DNA of 64,000 nucleotides from Candidatus Nomurabacteria bacterium (GTDB lineage: Bacteria; Patescibacteriota; Minisyncoccia; Phycocordibacterales; UBA918). The notes beneath the pieces are model-generated. The model had not been told where the DNA came from. It saw nothing but the letters and a program-made list of their open reading frames with translations, and ran no database searches. The position numbers and the translations under genes are program-made. Shown here in pieces: positions 1-8,914 of the stretch. Every line of letters begins with the position of its first letter. Within the stretch, counting starts at the first letter, position 1. Location: NCBI GenBank assembly GCA_023898525.1, contig CP060227.1:493634-557633 (forward strand), in the 5' to 3' direction.

Positions 1-612
1 ATCACTGCTCCAAAAGTACCTAGAAAAGTAATAAACACTCGAGGCTTCAAACCGTGAGTGAAAAAGAGAGTGAAGCTCAATATAAAACCGGCAATGACTA
101 AGCTAGATAGAGCTGGCGAATAACCTGCCAAAAGAGCTGGTATTAAAACAAAAATTATCGCTATAATACTTATAGCCAGACTAAAGAGCGCCCTTACCCC
201 CTGTTTACCTGACAACCAAATGATTAGGGCGATAAAAATAAAAACTAGTACAACAAGCGGACCTTTTCTTTCTACGTCTTTGAAAGTAAAGTACTCCGAA
301 CCGTCTATGGAAACCAGCCGGTTAACATATATACTGTCTCCTTCTCGCAAAATCGCTAAATCGTTCTCGAGTCGCACTACTTCACCAACCCTCTCCCCTT
401 CTTTGAGCTGAATTCGGAGCTCCTGCACCGTTGTCGACGCTCCAGTACCCATGATATCTCTTTCATACTCAGCGGTTACCTCAAGTACTTCAGCTTTTAC
501 CGTCTCCTGAAATTCCTGATGAACTTCCTGAGCTTGTGCCACCGGCAGTATAAGTAAAAAAATAGCGCCTAAAATAACAAATTTTCTTATGCTTGCTAAG
601 AGGAATTCCATA
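1..612 (-). CDS. YibE/F-family-like polytopic membrane protein, 3' end cut by window edge
   Basis: The reverse complement has ATG at 612-610. The translation begins MEFLLASIRKFVILGAIFLL (signal/TM), continues with a ~100-aa soluble segment, then several TM helices running off position 1. The family call rests on architecture only. Confidence 0.4.
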
Positions 613-838
613 AGTGACTCAAAACAAAAAACGCGCCACATAAAACCCAATACCTGCACCCAAGACGAAAGTAAAAAATAGTGTAACCATCAAAGCTTCT
701 CTATCCATTCCTATAACTCTAACACACCCAATACCCGGAACAAGTCATGCTGTTGACACAACAGTATAATGTGTTATTCTTTAACAGACCTGAGTTTATC
801 GAGGTCATATTTCAACTTTCAACAAAGAAGGAAACGTA

Positions 839-970
839 ATGAAAAAGCAGACAGGTCTTACCATCATTCAAACAATGATAATTGTGGCCATTTTTGGAAT
901 TTTCGGAGCAGTCGGGCTAGGCGCTTGGGAGCAAAGTCAAAAAGAAAATTCTGAGATGACAAAAGGAAGA
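839..970 (+). CDS. 43-aa prepilin-like hydrophobic peptide (MKKQTGLTIIQTMIIVAIFGIFGAVGLGAW...)
   Basis: An AAGGAAAC RBS lies 6 nt before ATG 839. The N-terminus resembles the type IV prepilin leader/G-hydrophobic segment, but has Q where the canonical E5 would be. It is below the 60-aa cutoff of the ORF track. Confidence 0.3.
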
Positions 971-989
971 TAATCCACTCCCACCGACA

Positions 990-1032
990 ATGAACAACCA
1001 CTCGTAACACAAGTTAGTTACCGAGTGGTTTA
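990..1032 (+). terminator. Rho-independent terminator (AACCACTCG...CGAGTGGTT + T run)
   Basis: A 9-bp stem is followed by TATTTTTT directly after the small ORF stop. Confidence 0.5.
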
Positions 1033-1089
1033 TTTTTTGAAAACACTCGACTTTTTGGTTAAAAATAGGTATAAATGTATGCACTTCTT

Positions 1090-1114
1090 GGGGCGCGGGC
1101 TGCGCCCGCGCCCC
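1090..1114. other. Perfect all-GC hairpin GGGGCGCGGGC-TGC-GCCCGCGCCCC 12 nt upstream of tRNA-His
   Basis: An 11-bp G/C-only stem in a ~40% GC context. No T run follows it. Confidence 0.5.
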
Positions 1115-1126
1115 AAGACAAACAAT

Positions 1127-1201
1127 GGCGACTATCGTATAACGGCTATTACTCCGGTTTGTGGTACCGGTTATCCGGGTTCGATTCCCGGTAGTCGCCC
1201 A
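1127..1201 (+). tRNA. tRNA-His (anticodon GTG) with encoded G-1
   Basis: Manual fold: G-1 then acceptor GCGACTA/TAGTCGC, anticodon stem CCGGT/ACCGG with loop TTGTGGT, T arm CCGGG-TTCGATT-CCCGG, C73 then CA. Confidence 0.75.
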
Positions 1202-1346
1202 TTTTAAGAAACTAGATATAGCAACATATTTTTAAGATATTTTTTAGTGCCTATTGAGTTTAATGGAACAAAAACTCCAAGTAACTTCCCTCTTACAAAC
1301 AATGTTATCAATATCAGACACCGTTCAATTACAGAGGAGTGTTACA

Positions 1347-1991
1347 ATGCACGTCAATATCAAAATTAAGACACTTCCTAAACAATTCATTTTTTGCCGT
1401 CACGCTGAATCAATCGGTAACGCCAGAGGTTTGGACGACAACTCCACAAAAGACACAGCGAATCATCAATTTGGTCTGTCTCCAAAAGGACAGCGTCAAG
1501 TTGAACAGGTTAGAGACTTTTTGAGGCACAGATTTTCAAACGGTTTTTCTGAGTACTACGTTTCTTCATTCTTACGTACCCAGATAACATTTCAAGGTGT
1601 TTGGGGAAAAGACATATCACCTTACGAAGACCCAAGATTGGATGAATGGTGGAAAGGCATCTTCCATAGTCTTACCAAAGAAGAAATTGCAGAACATTAC
1701 CCTGTTGAATCAGCCACTCTAAAAAGAGAAGGTTGGTACCATTACAGACCGCCACAAGGTGAATCTGGTAAGGATGTGGAAATGAGGATTTTGTCATACT
1801 TAAACTCACTCAATCCAACAGAAAGTGTTTTTATCAGCGGACACGGACGTTGGTTTTGCTTTTTCAAAAGATTACTTCTGAAACTTCCGAGAGAGAGAAT
1901 GAATCTTGAAGCACCGAAAAACGGCTCAGTGATTTCATTGACTAAAAATGGCAGTAAATACGAGTCTAATGTTCTATTTACACCTAAGTAA
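1347..1991 (+). CDS. Histidine phosphatase superfamily (phosphoglycerate mutase-like) protein
   Basis: The RHAES catalytic motif sits near the start (FIFCRHAESIGNARG). The AGAGGAG RBS lies 8 nt before ATG 1347; the ORF track start at 1254 is probably too far upstream. Confidence 0.6.
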   Translation: MHVNIKIKTLPKQFIFCRHAESIGNARGLDDNSTKDTANHQFGLSPKGQRQVEQVRDFLRHRFSNGFSEYYVSSFLRTQITFQGVWGKDISPYEDPRLDEWWKGIFHSLTKEEIAEHYPVESATLKREGWYHYRPPQGESGKDVEMRILSYLNSLNPTESVFISGHGRWFCFFKRLLLKLPRERMNLEAPKNGSVISLTKNGSKYESNVLFTPK

Positions 1992-2004
1992 GAGAAATTG
2001 TTTT

Positions 2005-2035
2005 ATCGCCTGAGAAATCAGGCGATTCTTTTTAT
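2005..2035 (+). terminator. Rho-independent terminator (ATCGCCTGA-GAAA-TCAGGCGAT + TTCTTTTTATTT)
   Basis: A 9-bp stem and T-rich tail lie 14 nt after the stop at 1991. Confidence 0.6.
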
Positions 2036-2086
2036 TTAAATACTACTCCACCCTCTCCCTAACCACCCCTTTTTTCCAACCAACAC

Positions 2087-2485
2087 CTACATCATATTAG
2101 AATATTTTGGAAAATTGTCTTTAATTATTCTTTCCCATTTGTCTGTTTCATTTCCTTTACCGGTTAGAAAACTCTTGTGGTATACGAGTAAAAAGATAAC
2201 TTCAGCCTTATCTGGGTCAACAAAAGCGATAGCACGACAACAAGAGCTTTTGTACGAAACATTGGTGCCGGCTATTTTGAAATAAAATTTACAAATCTTA
2301 TTCCCGTCCTTCTCATGGATAGTTTCAACCTGATCAGTCTGCATCATGACGTCAAAATTCTCTGCCATATCCAAAATAGCCATTTCCGTTATATCCCACT
2401 GTTTTTTAGAATATTTCTTATTAAACTTTTTTATATAATGACTAATCGCGTAGTCATCAAAATAAGAAGAATACCTAGTAGACAT
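2087..2485 (-). CDS. RelE/ParE-superfamily-like putative toxin (132 aa)
   Basis: The C-terminal pattern CRAIAFVDPDKAEVIFLLVYHKS resembles the RelE/ParE/HigB core (YRxIYxVdd..v.iL.IGHRkd). It overlaps the upstream antitoxin-like gene by 11 nt. The call is by pattern only. Confidence 0.4.
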   Translation of the reverse strand: MSTRYSSYFDDYAISHYIKKFNKKYSKKQWDITEMAILDMAENFDVMMQTDQVETIHEKDGNKICKFYFKIAGTNVSYKSSCCRAIAFVDPDKAEVIFLLVYHKSFLTGKGNETDKWERIIKDNFPKYSNMM

Positions 2486-3170
2486 CTTTCTGGTCTAACT
2501 GAGTAATCAAAGGATAAGACACTGTCTCCCCTTCAAAAGCAATCTTGTATGGTAATTGCTTGTGAGTGAAATCCACGATTTCTTGAGTATTCGCATCTTT
2601 CCATTTTTGCCAAACCTTGGCTACCAAGCTCAACTCTTTATCATTCAATTCATCCAAATCCGTACCAGCCGAACCTCTACCCTCAGTTATCACATACATG
2701 TCCCTGCCACTTTTTTGCTCATGGGTAACTTTAATCGAGCCATCCTCTTCCATTTCTTCAACCGCTTGAAAAAAATCACTAGGAACAGGACCAAACTCCA
2801 TTTTCTTATACTCCATTCCACTCATGCTTTCTAAGTGATTATAAAACCAAGCAAAATCAGTCAAATATAGAAGCTTTGCCAACTTTGTCTTCTTTAGCTC
2901 CACCTTACTTTTATTTGCTTCTCGGAGAAAAGCCAGAATCATTTGTTTGTACTTCTTATAGTTGGGTGCCTCCGCTCGTATAAGTTCATCCACTGTAATA
3001 CCAAAAACACGAACCAGTCGCTCAGCCTCAGACAAACTAAGCTCTTTAGTCCCCTTTTCTACCGCCACGTATGACGGACGTGAGATATTAATCTTCTCCG
3101 CCATAAGAGACTGCGAAATACCTCTCGACTCCCTAAGAGACTTTATAAAATCCCCATAAATATTGCTCAT
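2475..3170 (-). CDS. XRE-family HTH fused to a Panacea (DUF4065) domain; PanA-like antitoxin/regulator
   Basis: The N-terminus is SLRESRGISQSLMAEKINISRPSYVAVEKG (Cro/C1 HTH). The C-terminus is TKLAKLLYLTDFAWFYNHL...EFGPVPSDF, typical of DUF4065/Panacea. Confidence 0.6.
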   Translation of the reverse strand: MSNIYGDFIKSLRESRGISQSLMAEKINISRPSYVAVEKGTKELSLSEAERLVRVFGITVDELIRAEAPNYKKYKQMILAFLREANKSKVELKKTKLAKLLYLTDFAWFYNHLESMSGMEYKKMEFGPVPSDFFQAVEEMEEDGSIKVTHEQKSGRDMYVITEGRGSAGTDLDELNDKELSLVAKVWQKWKDANTQEIVDFTHKQLPYKIAFEGETVSYPLITQLDQKDVY

Positions 3171-3292
3171 ACAAAAAAATATTATCTTTCTTACTATTCA
3201 GTGTACTACACTATGCAAAATATTCAACATATGTTGTAAACATTCTCGACATTTTGAACGTGGTTAAATGTCTTTAAGAGCTCATTCGTTAA

Positions 3293-3357
3293 AAAATGGG
3301 GACTGAAAATGTGAAAATGGGGACTGTCCCCCATTTTCTTCTGTCCCCCATTTTCTT
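3293..3357. promoter_or_regulatory. Direct and inverted repeats AAAATGGGGACTG x2, GTCCCCCATTTTCTT x2, forming the palindrome AAAATGGGGA-CTG-TCCCCCATTTT
   Basis: It lies between the end of the metal permease gene and the start of the HTH-Panacea gene (both minus). It could serve as terminator of the ABC operon and/or operator of the HTH gene. Confidence 0.4.
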
Positions 3358-3371
3358 AACATATTAATCTG

Positions 3372-4223
3372 TTACACACCCTTAGAAGTCAAGCGGTTTC
3401 CCATCTTTGTTTTACCAATATGATAAAACAATACACCCAGAAAGATTAGACCCTGCATAAAGACAATCGCTCCACCGGTTGAAATGTCAAAATAATAACT
3501 AGCATATGCTCCCACCACCGAACTAAGCACACTGACCAAGACCGCGATTTGCACCATTGAATTAAATTTTCGAGTGAGCAAAAAAGCCGTTGAACCCGGT
3601 GTAATCAACATCGCAATCACCAGAATAATACCGACCGTCTGCAGCGAACCAGTAATAGTAACCGCCAACAACACCAAAAAAGCATAATTAACAAAACGCA
3701 TTGGCAATCCAACCGACTGAGCGTGTGTCGGATCAAAACAAAAAACCAGAAACGTGCGCCTAAAAGCCAATACCACAGCAGTCACAATTGCCAAGACACC
3801 GATCGTGTACCAAGCAGCTTGATCAGAAATACCAAGCACATACCCAAACAAGACGTGAGTTAAATCAACACTACTGGTCACCTTTGAAATCATAATTAGA
3901 CCAAGCGCAAATAAAGTGGTGAACACAATCCCCATCACCGCATCTTCTTTGATCTTCGTATTGGTCTTAATAAAGCCAATCAAAACCACCGCTAAAAGCG
4001 CAAAGACAAAAGCTCCAATACTAAACGGTATACCGATAAGATAAGCGATTACTACTCCCGGCAAAACCGCATGAGAAATCGCGTCACCCAAAAGGGACCA
4101 GCCTTTTAAGATCAAAAAACAAGACAAAACCGCACAAGTGGCGCCCACTACCATTGAAACCAAAACGGCTTTTACCATAAAAGCATACTGGAGTGGTTCG
4201 ATTATAAATTGAATTAGTTCCAT
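3372..4223 (-). CDS. Metal (Zn/Mn) ABC transporter permease, ABC-3 family
   Basis: An 8-9 TM protein with the ABC-3 signature region; third gene of a binding-protein/ATPase/permease operon. Confidence 0.8.
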   Translation of the reverse strand: MELIQFIIEPLQYAFMVKAVLVSMVVGATCAVLSCFLILKGWSLLGDAISHAVLPGVVIAYLIGIPFSIGAFVFALLAVVLIGFIKTNTKIKEDAVMGIVFTTLFALGLIMISKVTSSVDLTHVLFGYVLGISDQAAWYTIGVLAIVTAVVLAFRRTFLVFCFDPTHAQSVGLPMRFVNYAFLVLLAVTITGSLQTVGIILVIAMLITPGSTAFLLTRKFNSMVQIAVLVSVLSSVVGAYASYYFDISTGGAIVFMQGLIFLGVLFYHIGKTKMGNRLTSKGV

Positions 4224-4226
4224 AAG

Positions 4227-4991
4227 CTATTTTTCAAATTTAATGTGATGGATAAGACCGTCGAAGGTTTTGGTAATTAAATCTTTGGTGAAGACTTCTT
4301 TGGTTGGACCATAAGCCAACACAGTGTGCTTTATCAGCGCCACCCGATCACAGTTATCAGACAAGGACGTTAGCTCATGAGCGGCTAAGATAACAGTCTT
4401 CCCTTCTTCCTTAAGAGAGACCAGAAGCTCGGTCAAAGAGCGCTCGCTCACCGCATCAAGACCGGCAAACGGCTCGTCAAGTAAGAGAATATCAGCACCC
4501 TGAGCTAAAGCTCTGGCAACAAACGCTCGCTTCTTTTGCCCGCCGGAAAGCTCACCAATCTGTCGGTTGCGAAAATCTTGCATGTTTACCTTTCGCAAGG
4601 CTTCATCCACATGTTTTTTATCTACATCAGTCGGAGTCTTAAAAATGTTCTGCAGACCAATCCTCCCCATCATTACCACGTCATAAACTGAAACCGGGAA
4701 ATCCCAATCAACCAATTCTGCCTGCGGCACATAAGCAACATGACCGTGTTTTTGAGCTGTTTTTGGAGCATCACCACAAACCCTGACACTACCGGAGTCA
4801 GGAGTAACCAACCCCATAATCACCTTAAATAAAGTTGACTTCCCGGCGCCATTCATACCGATGACACCGGTAAAAGTACCATAAGGAATACTAATAGAAG
4901 CACTACTTAAAGCTTGATTGTCTCCATAGCGGACACTAACATCGCTAAGATCAATGGCGTTGTCTTTGTCGTTCATAAATTTATTTATCAC
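4227..4991 (-). CDS. Metal ABC transporter ATP-binding protein
   Basis: Walker A GMNGAGKST, signature LSGGQKKR, Walker B LLLDEP. Confidence 0.85.
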   Translation of the reverse strand: MINKFMNDKDNAIDLSDVSVRYGDNQALSSASISIPYGTFTGVIGMNGAGKSTLFKVIMGLVTPDSGSVRVCGDAPKTAQKHGHVAYVPQAELVDWDFPVSVYDVVMMGRIGLQNIFKTPTDVDKKHVDEALRKVNMQDFRNRQIGELSGGQKKRAFVARALAQGADILLLDEPFAGLDAVSERSLTELLVSLKEEGKTVILAAHELTSLSDNCDRVALIKHTVLAYGPTKEVFTKDLITKTFDGLIHHIKFEK

Positions 4992-5907
4992 TCAAGCCAC
5001 TAACAATTGTGTCGACCGTACTTTGCAAAAGAGTTAAGTAGGTAGGAGCCGGTCCATAAGCGGTAGATAGGGAGTCTACATACAACACCCCACCCATTCT
5101 GGCCCCGGTCGCTTGGACTACTTCTTCTTGGATTTTTGGTGAAACGGTACTTTCACAAAAAACAGCCGGTACGTGATTGGCTTTTACTTTATCAATGACA
5201 GCGGCCACTTGTTGTGGTGAACCAGCGGTATCACTATTGATTGGCCAGATGTAAATCTCTTGCAGGCCGTAGTCGTTGGTAAGGTAAGTAAAAGCACCTT
5301 CACAGGTCACTAGATAGCGGTTATTTTCAGGTAAGACCGACAATGAATCATTTAGAGTTTTATCAAGCGCCTCAAGCTTAGCCGAGTAAGCCGCTGCATT
5401 AGCGTTAAAATAATCCTCGTCGGCTGGCGAAAATTCTACTAAGGTTTTTCTAATATTTTCCACATATTTCAAACCCTGTTTTGGTGACATCCAAGCATGC
5501 GGGTTAGGCTTACCTTCGTATGCACCCTCAACAATCGACAGCGGTTCGACTCCCTCACTCACTATCACACTCGGTACATCGGGCATATTGGCCTTAAGTT
5601 TATTAGTCCACAACTCTAAGTTCATACCATTTTCCAGTAAAATATCCGCCCGTGAAGCTCTAACCAAATCACTTGGAGTTGGTTCATAACTATGAATATT
5701 TACACCAGGCTCAATCAGCGAAAGTGACTCTACCCGATCACCACCGATCTCATTAACCATGTCGGCGATAATGGTAAACGTGCTTAAAACTACAATCTTG
5801 TCTCCTTCTTGCTTAGGACTATTTTCTGCATTTTTTCCAACGATAAAAAGCACTCCGATTACAATAGCAATTATTGCCCCTGTTAAAAAAGCTTTGTTGT
5901 TAAACAT
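4981..5907 (-). CDS. Metal ABC transporter substrate-binding protein (ZnuA/TroA cluster-9 family)
   Basis: An N-terminal TM/signal followed by the ZnuA-like fold; it overlaps the ATPase gene by 11 nt. Confidence 0.75.
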   Translation of the reverse strand: MFNNKAFLTGAIIAIVIGVLFIVGKNAENSPKQEGDKIVVLSTFTIIADMVNEIGGDRVESLSLIEPGVNIHSYEPTPSDLVRASRADILLENGMNLELWTNKLKANMPDVPSVIVSEGVEPLSIVEGAYEGKPNPHAWMSPKQGLKYVENIRKTLVEFSPADEDYFNANAAAYSAKLEALDKTLNDSLSVLPENNRYLVTCEGAFTYLTNDYGLQEIYIWPINSDTAGSPQQVAAVIDKVKANHVPAVFCESTVSPKIQEEVVQATGARMGGVLYVDSLSTAYGPAPTYLTLLQSTVDTIVSGLSDK

Positions 5908-5942
5908 AATAAATATTAGAAATAAATTTGCTTATAATTTTT

Positions 5943-6371
5943 TTAAGACTCCCAATTTTTGATCTGTGGTATTTCTGATCCGTGCGGATCATTGGTTGGA
6001 TGGTTTAGTAACTTTGCAATTCTCTGAATTACATCATCACTGCAGGCGTGTTCCAATTTTTCAGCCTCTTCATGAATACGGTCACTGGGAACACCAAGAA
6101 TCTGTACCAAAAATACTTCAATGATGCGATGCTTGTAGGTTAGCTTGCGACCAATATCCAACCCTTTCGGTGTCAGTTTCACGGCTCCGTACGGCTTGGC
6201 GTCTACTAAACTATCTTTAACTAAACTCTTAAGCCTTTCTGAAACAGTTGACTTACTTAAGCCTAAACGCTCGGCAATCTGAGTAACCCCAATCTCCGTT
6301 TTCGATTCCTGCAGTATGTAGATAGCTCTAACATAATCTTCCCTGGCAGCATTGATTGGTTTAGGAGTCAT
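5943..6371 (-). CDS. DtxR/MntR-family metal-dependent transcriptional repressor
   Basis: The wHTH segment is TQIAERLGLSKSTVSERLKSL and the size is ~140 aa. It is the first gene of the metal-transport operon. Confidence 0.75.
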   Translation of the reverse strand: MTPKPINAAREDYVRAIYILQESKTEIGVTQIAERLGLSKSTVSERLKSLVKDSLVDAKPYGAVKLTPKGLDIGRKLTYKHRIIEVFLVQILGVPSDRIHEEAEKLEHACSDDVIQRIAKLLNHPTNDPHGSEIPQIKNWES

Positions 6372-6425
6372 GATTGTTCGTACCTACGAACAATACACCA
6401 GGTTGCTTTTTTTGGCAAGCTGGGA

Positions 6426-6482
6426 AGTGAATAAAAGTGAAAGCCCGCCGGCTACGCCGGCGGGCTTTCACTTTTATTCACC
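6426..6482. terminator. Bidirectional intrinsic terminator: near-perfect 27-bp-arm palindrome AGTGAATAAAAGTGAAAGCCCGCCGGC-TACG-GCCGGCGGGCTTTCACTTTTATTCAC
   Basis: A GC-rich core is flanked by T-rich arms directly downstream of the hsp20 stop. Confidence 0.65.
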
Positions 6483-6486
6483 TCCC

Positions 6487-6906
6487 CTACTTCACCTGCA
6501 CCTTAACTTTCTTGTCAGGAGTCTTTTCTCGCTTTGGCATAATCACCTTTAAAACTCCATCCTTGTATTCCGCCCCAACCTTCTCCTGTTCGACAGAATC
6601 AGGCAGTTGGACTACTCGCTCAAACGACCCGCGCCTAATTTCTTTGGCGTAGTGATTTTTTTCTTTCTTTTCCTGCATCTCTTCGCGACGACCGGCAATC
6701 CGCAAGTAATTATCCTCGACTTCAACATCTATATCTTCTGCTTTTAGTCCGGGTACATTCATTTCCGCCACAATATCATTTCCGTCTTCATAGACATCAA
6801 CCGCCATATCAAACCCCACCTGATTACCCCGCGCCGAAGTCAAAGGGTGCACATCTCTAAGTAAACGATCAAACTCATCAAATGGTTCCCATTTAATTAA
6901 TGACAT
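6487..6906 (-). CDS. Hsp20/alpha-crystallin family small heat-shock protein
   Basis: The alpha-crystallin domain pattern is AVDVYEDGNDIVAEMNVPGL...GAEYKDGVLKVIMPK. Confidence 0.85.
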   Translation of the reverse strand: MSLIKWEPFDEFDRLLRDVHPLTSARGNQVGFDMAVDVYEDGNDIVAEMNVPGLKAEDIDVEVEDNYLRIAGRREEMQEKKEKNHYAKEIRRGSFERVVQLPDSVEQEKVGAEYKDGVLKVIMPKREKTPDKKVKVQVK

Positions 6907-6978
6907 AAGATTTTAGATTAAAAACTGCTAACCGGTGACAATCTTGTCACACAAATATTTTACGCCTATCAAAATTTT

Positions 6979-7917
6979 CTACAATACCCCCAGATCTTTG
7001 AGGTTTTCTCTGATTTTCGCGCGAATTTGTACAAATTCCGGAACATCATAGTAGAAAAGAATTTTTTGATTTCGAATGGTCGTATTAGCCGGCTTCCCTT
7101 CCCTGACAAAATAAACAAAAGTTTCGGCCATATCTTCTTCCGGAGCATTTACAGAATATTCGCTTACAAACCGATTTTCGTTATCATCAAAATAATCTTT
7201 GTTTAAATAGTAAATTTCACTGGCCTTTGCCTCTTTAATTAGATCAACATGCGCGTAGTCCTGACGAGTCCAAAAGTTTGCTTTGAATTGATCAGTTAAT
7301 CTTGAATAATCGTATAATAGTAGGTGAGAATATTCGTGAATGAATAAATTGGAATATGATTTGGTTGACTGCTTACTTGAATCGTAACCATCGATGTTCA
7401 CTCCCATTATCCAATCGCGCGGACCATTTTTTGTAGTTGCCATTAGCTCGACATACCCCCCAAGGTCGCCGTGACTTCGGTCAAAGATTCGCCACTCACG
7501 AATCTTCCTATCAACAATTTCAGGTCCTACTACATCTACCAAAAGTTCAAAAAGTCGCTTATCAATTGATCGACTTGATCTGGTGCCATCAGCATAGAGA
7601 AGTCTCCCATCTTCTACAAAATAAATAGCCTCGTAAGGAAAATCATAAAATTTTGATTTGTATGGTTGACGATTGGTGACAACTTCTATTTCTCTATTAG
7701 AAACAACTTCTGTCTCCTGAACCTCTAGAGATTCTAGAGCTTCTAGCTTTTTTTGCAAACTCAAAACAACATTCAGCAGCTGCTCTATCTGAAGAAGTAG
7801 CTGTAGCTGTCTTTCTTGTTCAACCAAAGTAGTATTAGCCACCGCAGTTGCCGGTACACCCGCCGCTAAAAGAAGCGGTATCATTAGCAGTCCAGCAATA
7901 AATTTCTTAAGAATCAT
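6979..7917 (-). CDS. Secreted HExxH zinc-metallopeptidase-like protein
   Basis: An N-terminal signal peptide and a coiled-coil QLLLQIEQLL segment, then the FIHEYSHLL (HExxH) motif and a downstream EDMAETF candidate third ligand. Confidence 0.45.
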   Translation of the reverse strand: MILKKFIAGLLMIPLLLAAGVPATAVANTTLVEQERQLQLLLQIEQLLNVVLSLQKKLEALESLEVQETEVVSNREIEVVTNRQPYKSKFYDFPYEAIYFVEDGRLLYADGTRSSRSIDKRLFELLVDVVGPEIVDRKIREWRIFDRSHGDLGGYVELMATTKNGPRDWIMGVNIDGYDSSKQSTKSYSNLFIHEYSHLLLYDYSRLTDQFKANFWTRQDYAHVDLIKEAKASEIYYLNKDYFDDNENRFVSEYSVNAPEEDMAETFVYFVREGKPANTTIRNQKILFYYDVPEFVQIRAKIRENLKDLGVL

Positions 7918-7919
7918 CG

Positions 7920-8914
7920 CTACCTATTATACCTTGAACTAACTTCCATTCTCAATTTTTTTGTATTACCATGTGAAAGTAATCCAAGATAAGCTTGCAC
8001 AACCTCTTCTTTACCGTCTTTTATCGTTAGCTCACGAAACATTTTTCGTTTTGTCGACGTCCGTAACACACGGTGTCTGGGAAAGTGTACCCAACCCAAG
8101 AAATCAACTCCACTTGCCAGAGTCTCAATTGATATTTTATTTGGATGTAACTGTAGCGCCAATTTCTCTTCGAGAAATTGGCGCAGTCCCAAAAAAGCTC
8201 CACCAAATACTCCTTATCCCGTGACAACACCACAAAATCATCAGCATACCGAATATAATATTTGGCTTTGAGTTCGTGTTTCATAAACTGATCAAACTCA
8301 TTCATGTATACATTCACCAAAAGTTGGCTGGTCAAGTTGCCGAGTGGCAAACCTTTATTTGGCTGAATTTGAAAACTATTAATCACTTGCCCCAGCAACC
8401 AAAGAACGTCTTCATCTCTAATGTGCTTTTGTAAGATATCCAGTAGAATTTTATGATCAATGCTAGCAAAGAACTTTTTGATATCACACTTGAGTACCCA
8501 ACAGGTTTTGGTGTGATTTTTTGAAACTATGACGGAGAAGTTTTTGAAGCGCTGAATAGCTTCATGTGTTCCTTTACCAACTCGACAAGAATACGAATCA
8601 TAGATGAATTTTTTATCAAAGTAGGGATAGAGCTTTCGGTAGATAGCGTGGTGGAGCAAACGGTCACGGACACTCGCTTTGTGAATGTTGCGAGGTTTAG
8701 GGTCAGAGATATTGAATGCTTCATAAGTTCCGTGTTTGTATGTTTTGTTTTTTAAATCTCGGTGTAGATCAAAAATGCTATCCATCAAAGTGTACTGAAA
8801 AACTTGCACATCTTTACGCTTACGCTTTCTGTGCAAAAACTCTTCCCACGCGCCAAGAAGATTATCGAGAGAAATGATATTATGGTAGGTAATGTCAGGC
8901 GCAAACAAAAACAT
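7920..8914 (-). pseudogene. DGR reverse transcriptase, split by a frameshift at a T6 run (plus-strand A6 at 8191-8196)
   Basis: The motifs are FASIDH, LPLGNLTSQLL (DGR-specific GxxxSQ) and IRYADDFVVL (YxDD). The N-terminus has HGTYEAFNISDPKPRNIHKASVRDRLLHHAI. The C-terminal thumb (LHPNKISIETLASGVDFLGWVHFPRH) continues in the -1/+2 frame (track ORF 7920..8192). One extra T would fuse the two ORFs into a ~331-aa RT. Confidence 0.8.

Noticed and set aside
755-775. TTGACA...TATAAT hexamers upstream of the small pilin-like ORF
   Set aside because: The two hexamers are separated by only 6 nt, so they cannot form a sigma-70 promoter.
3293-3357. A CRISPR array, suggested by short direct repeats
   Set aside because: There are only two copies of each 13-15-nt unit, arranged as a palindrome, with no spacer periodicity. 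No CRISPR array exists anywhere in the window.
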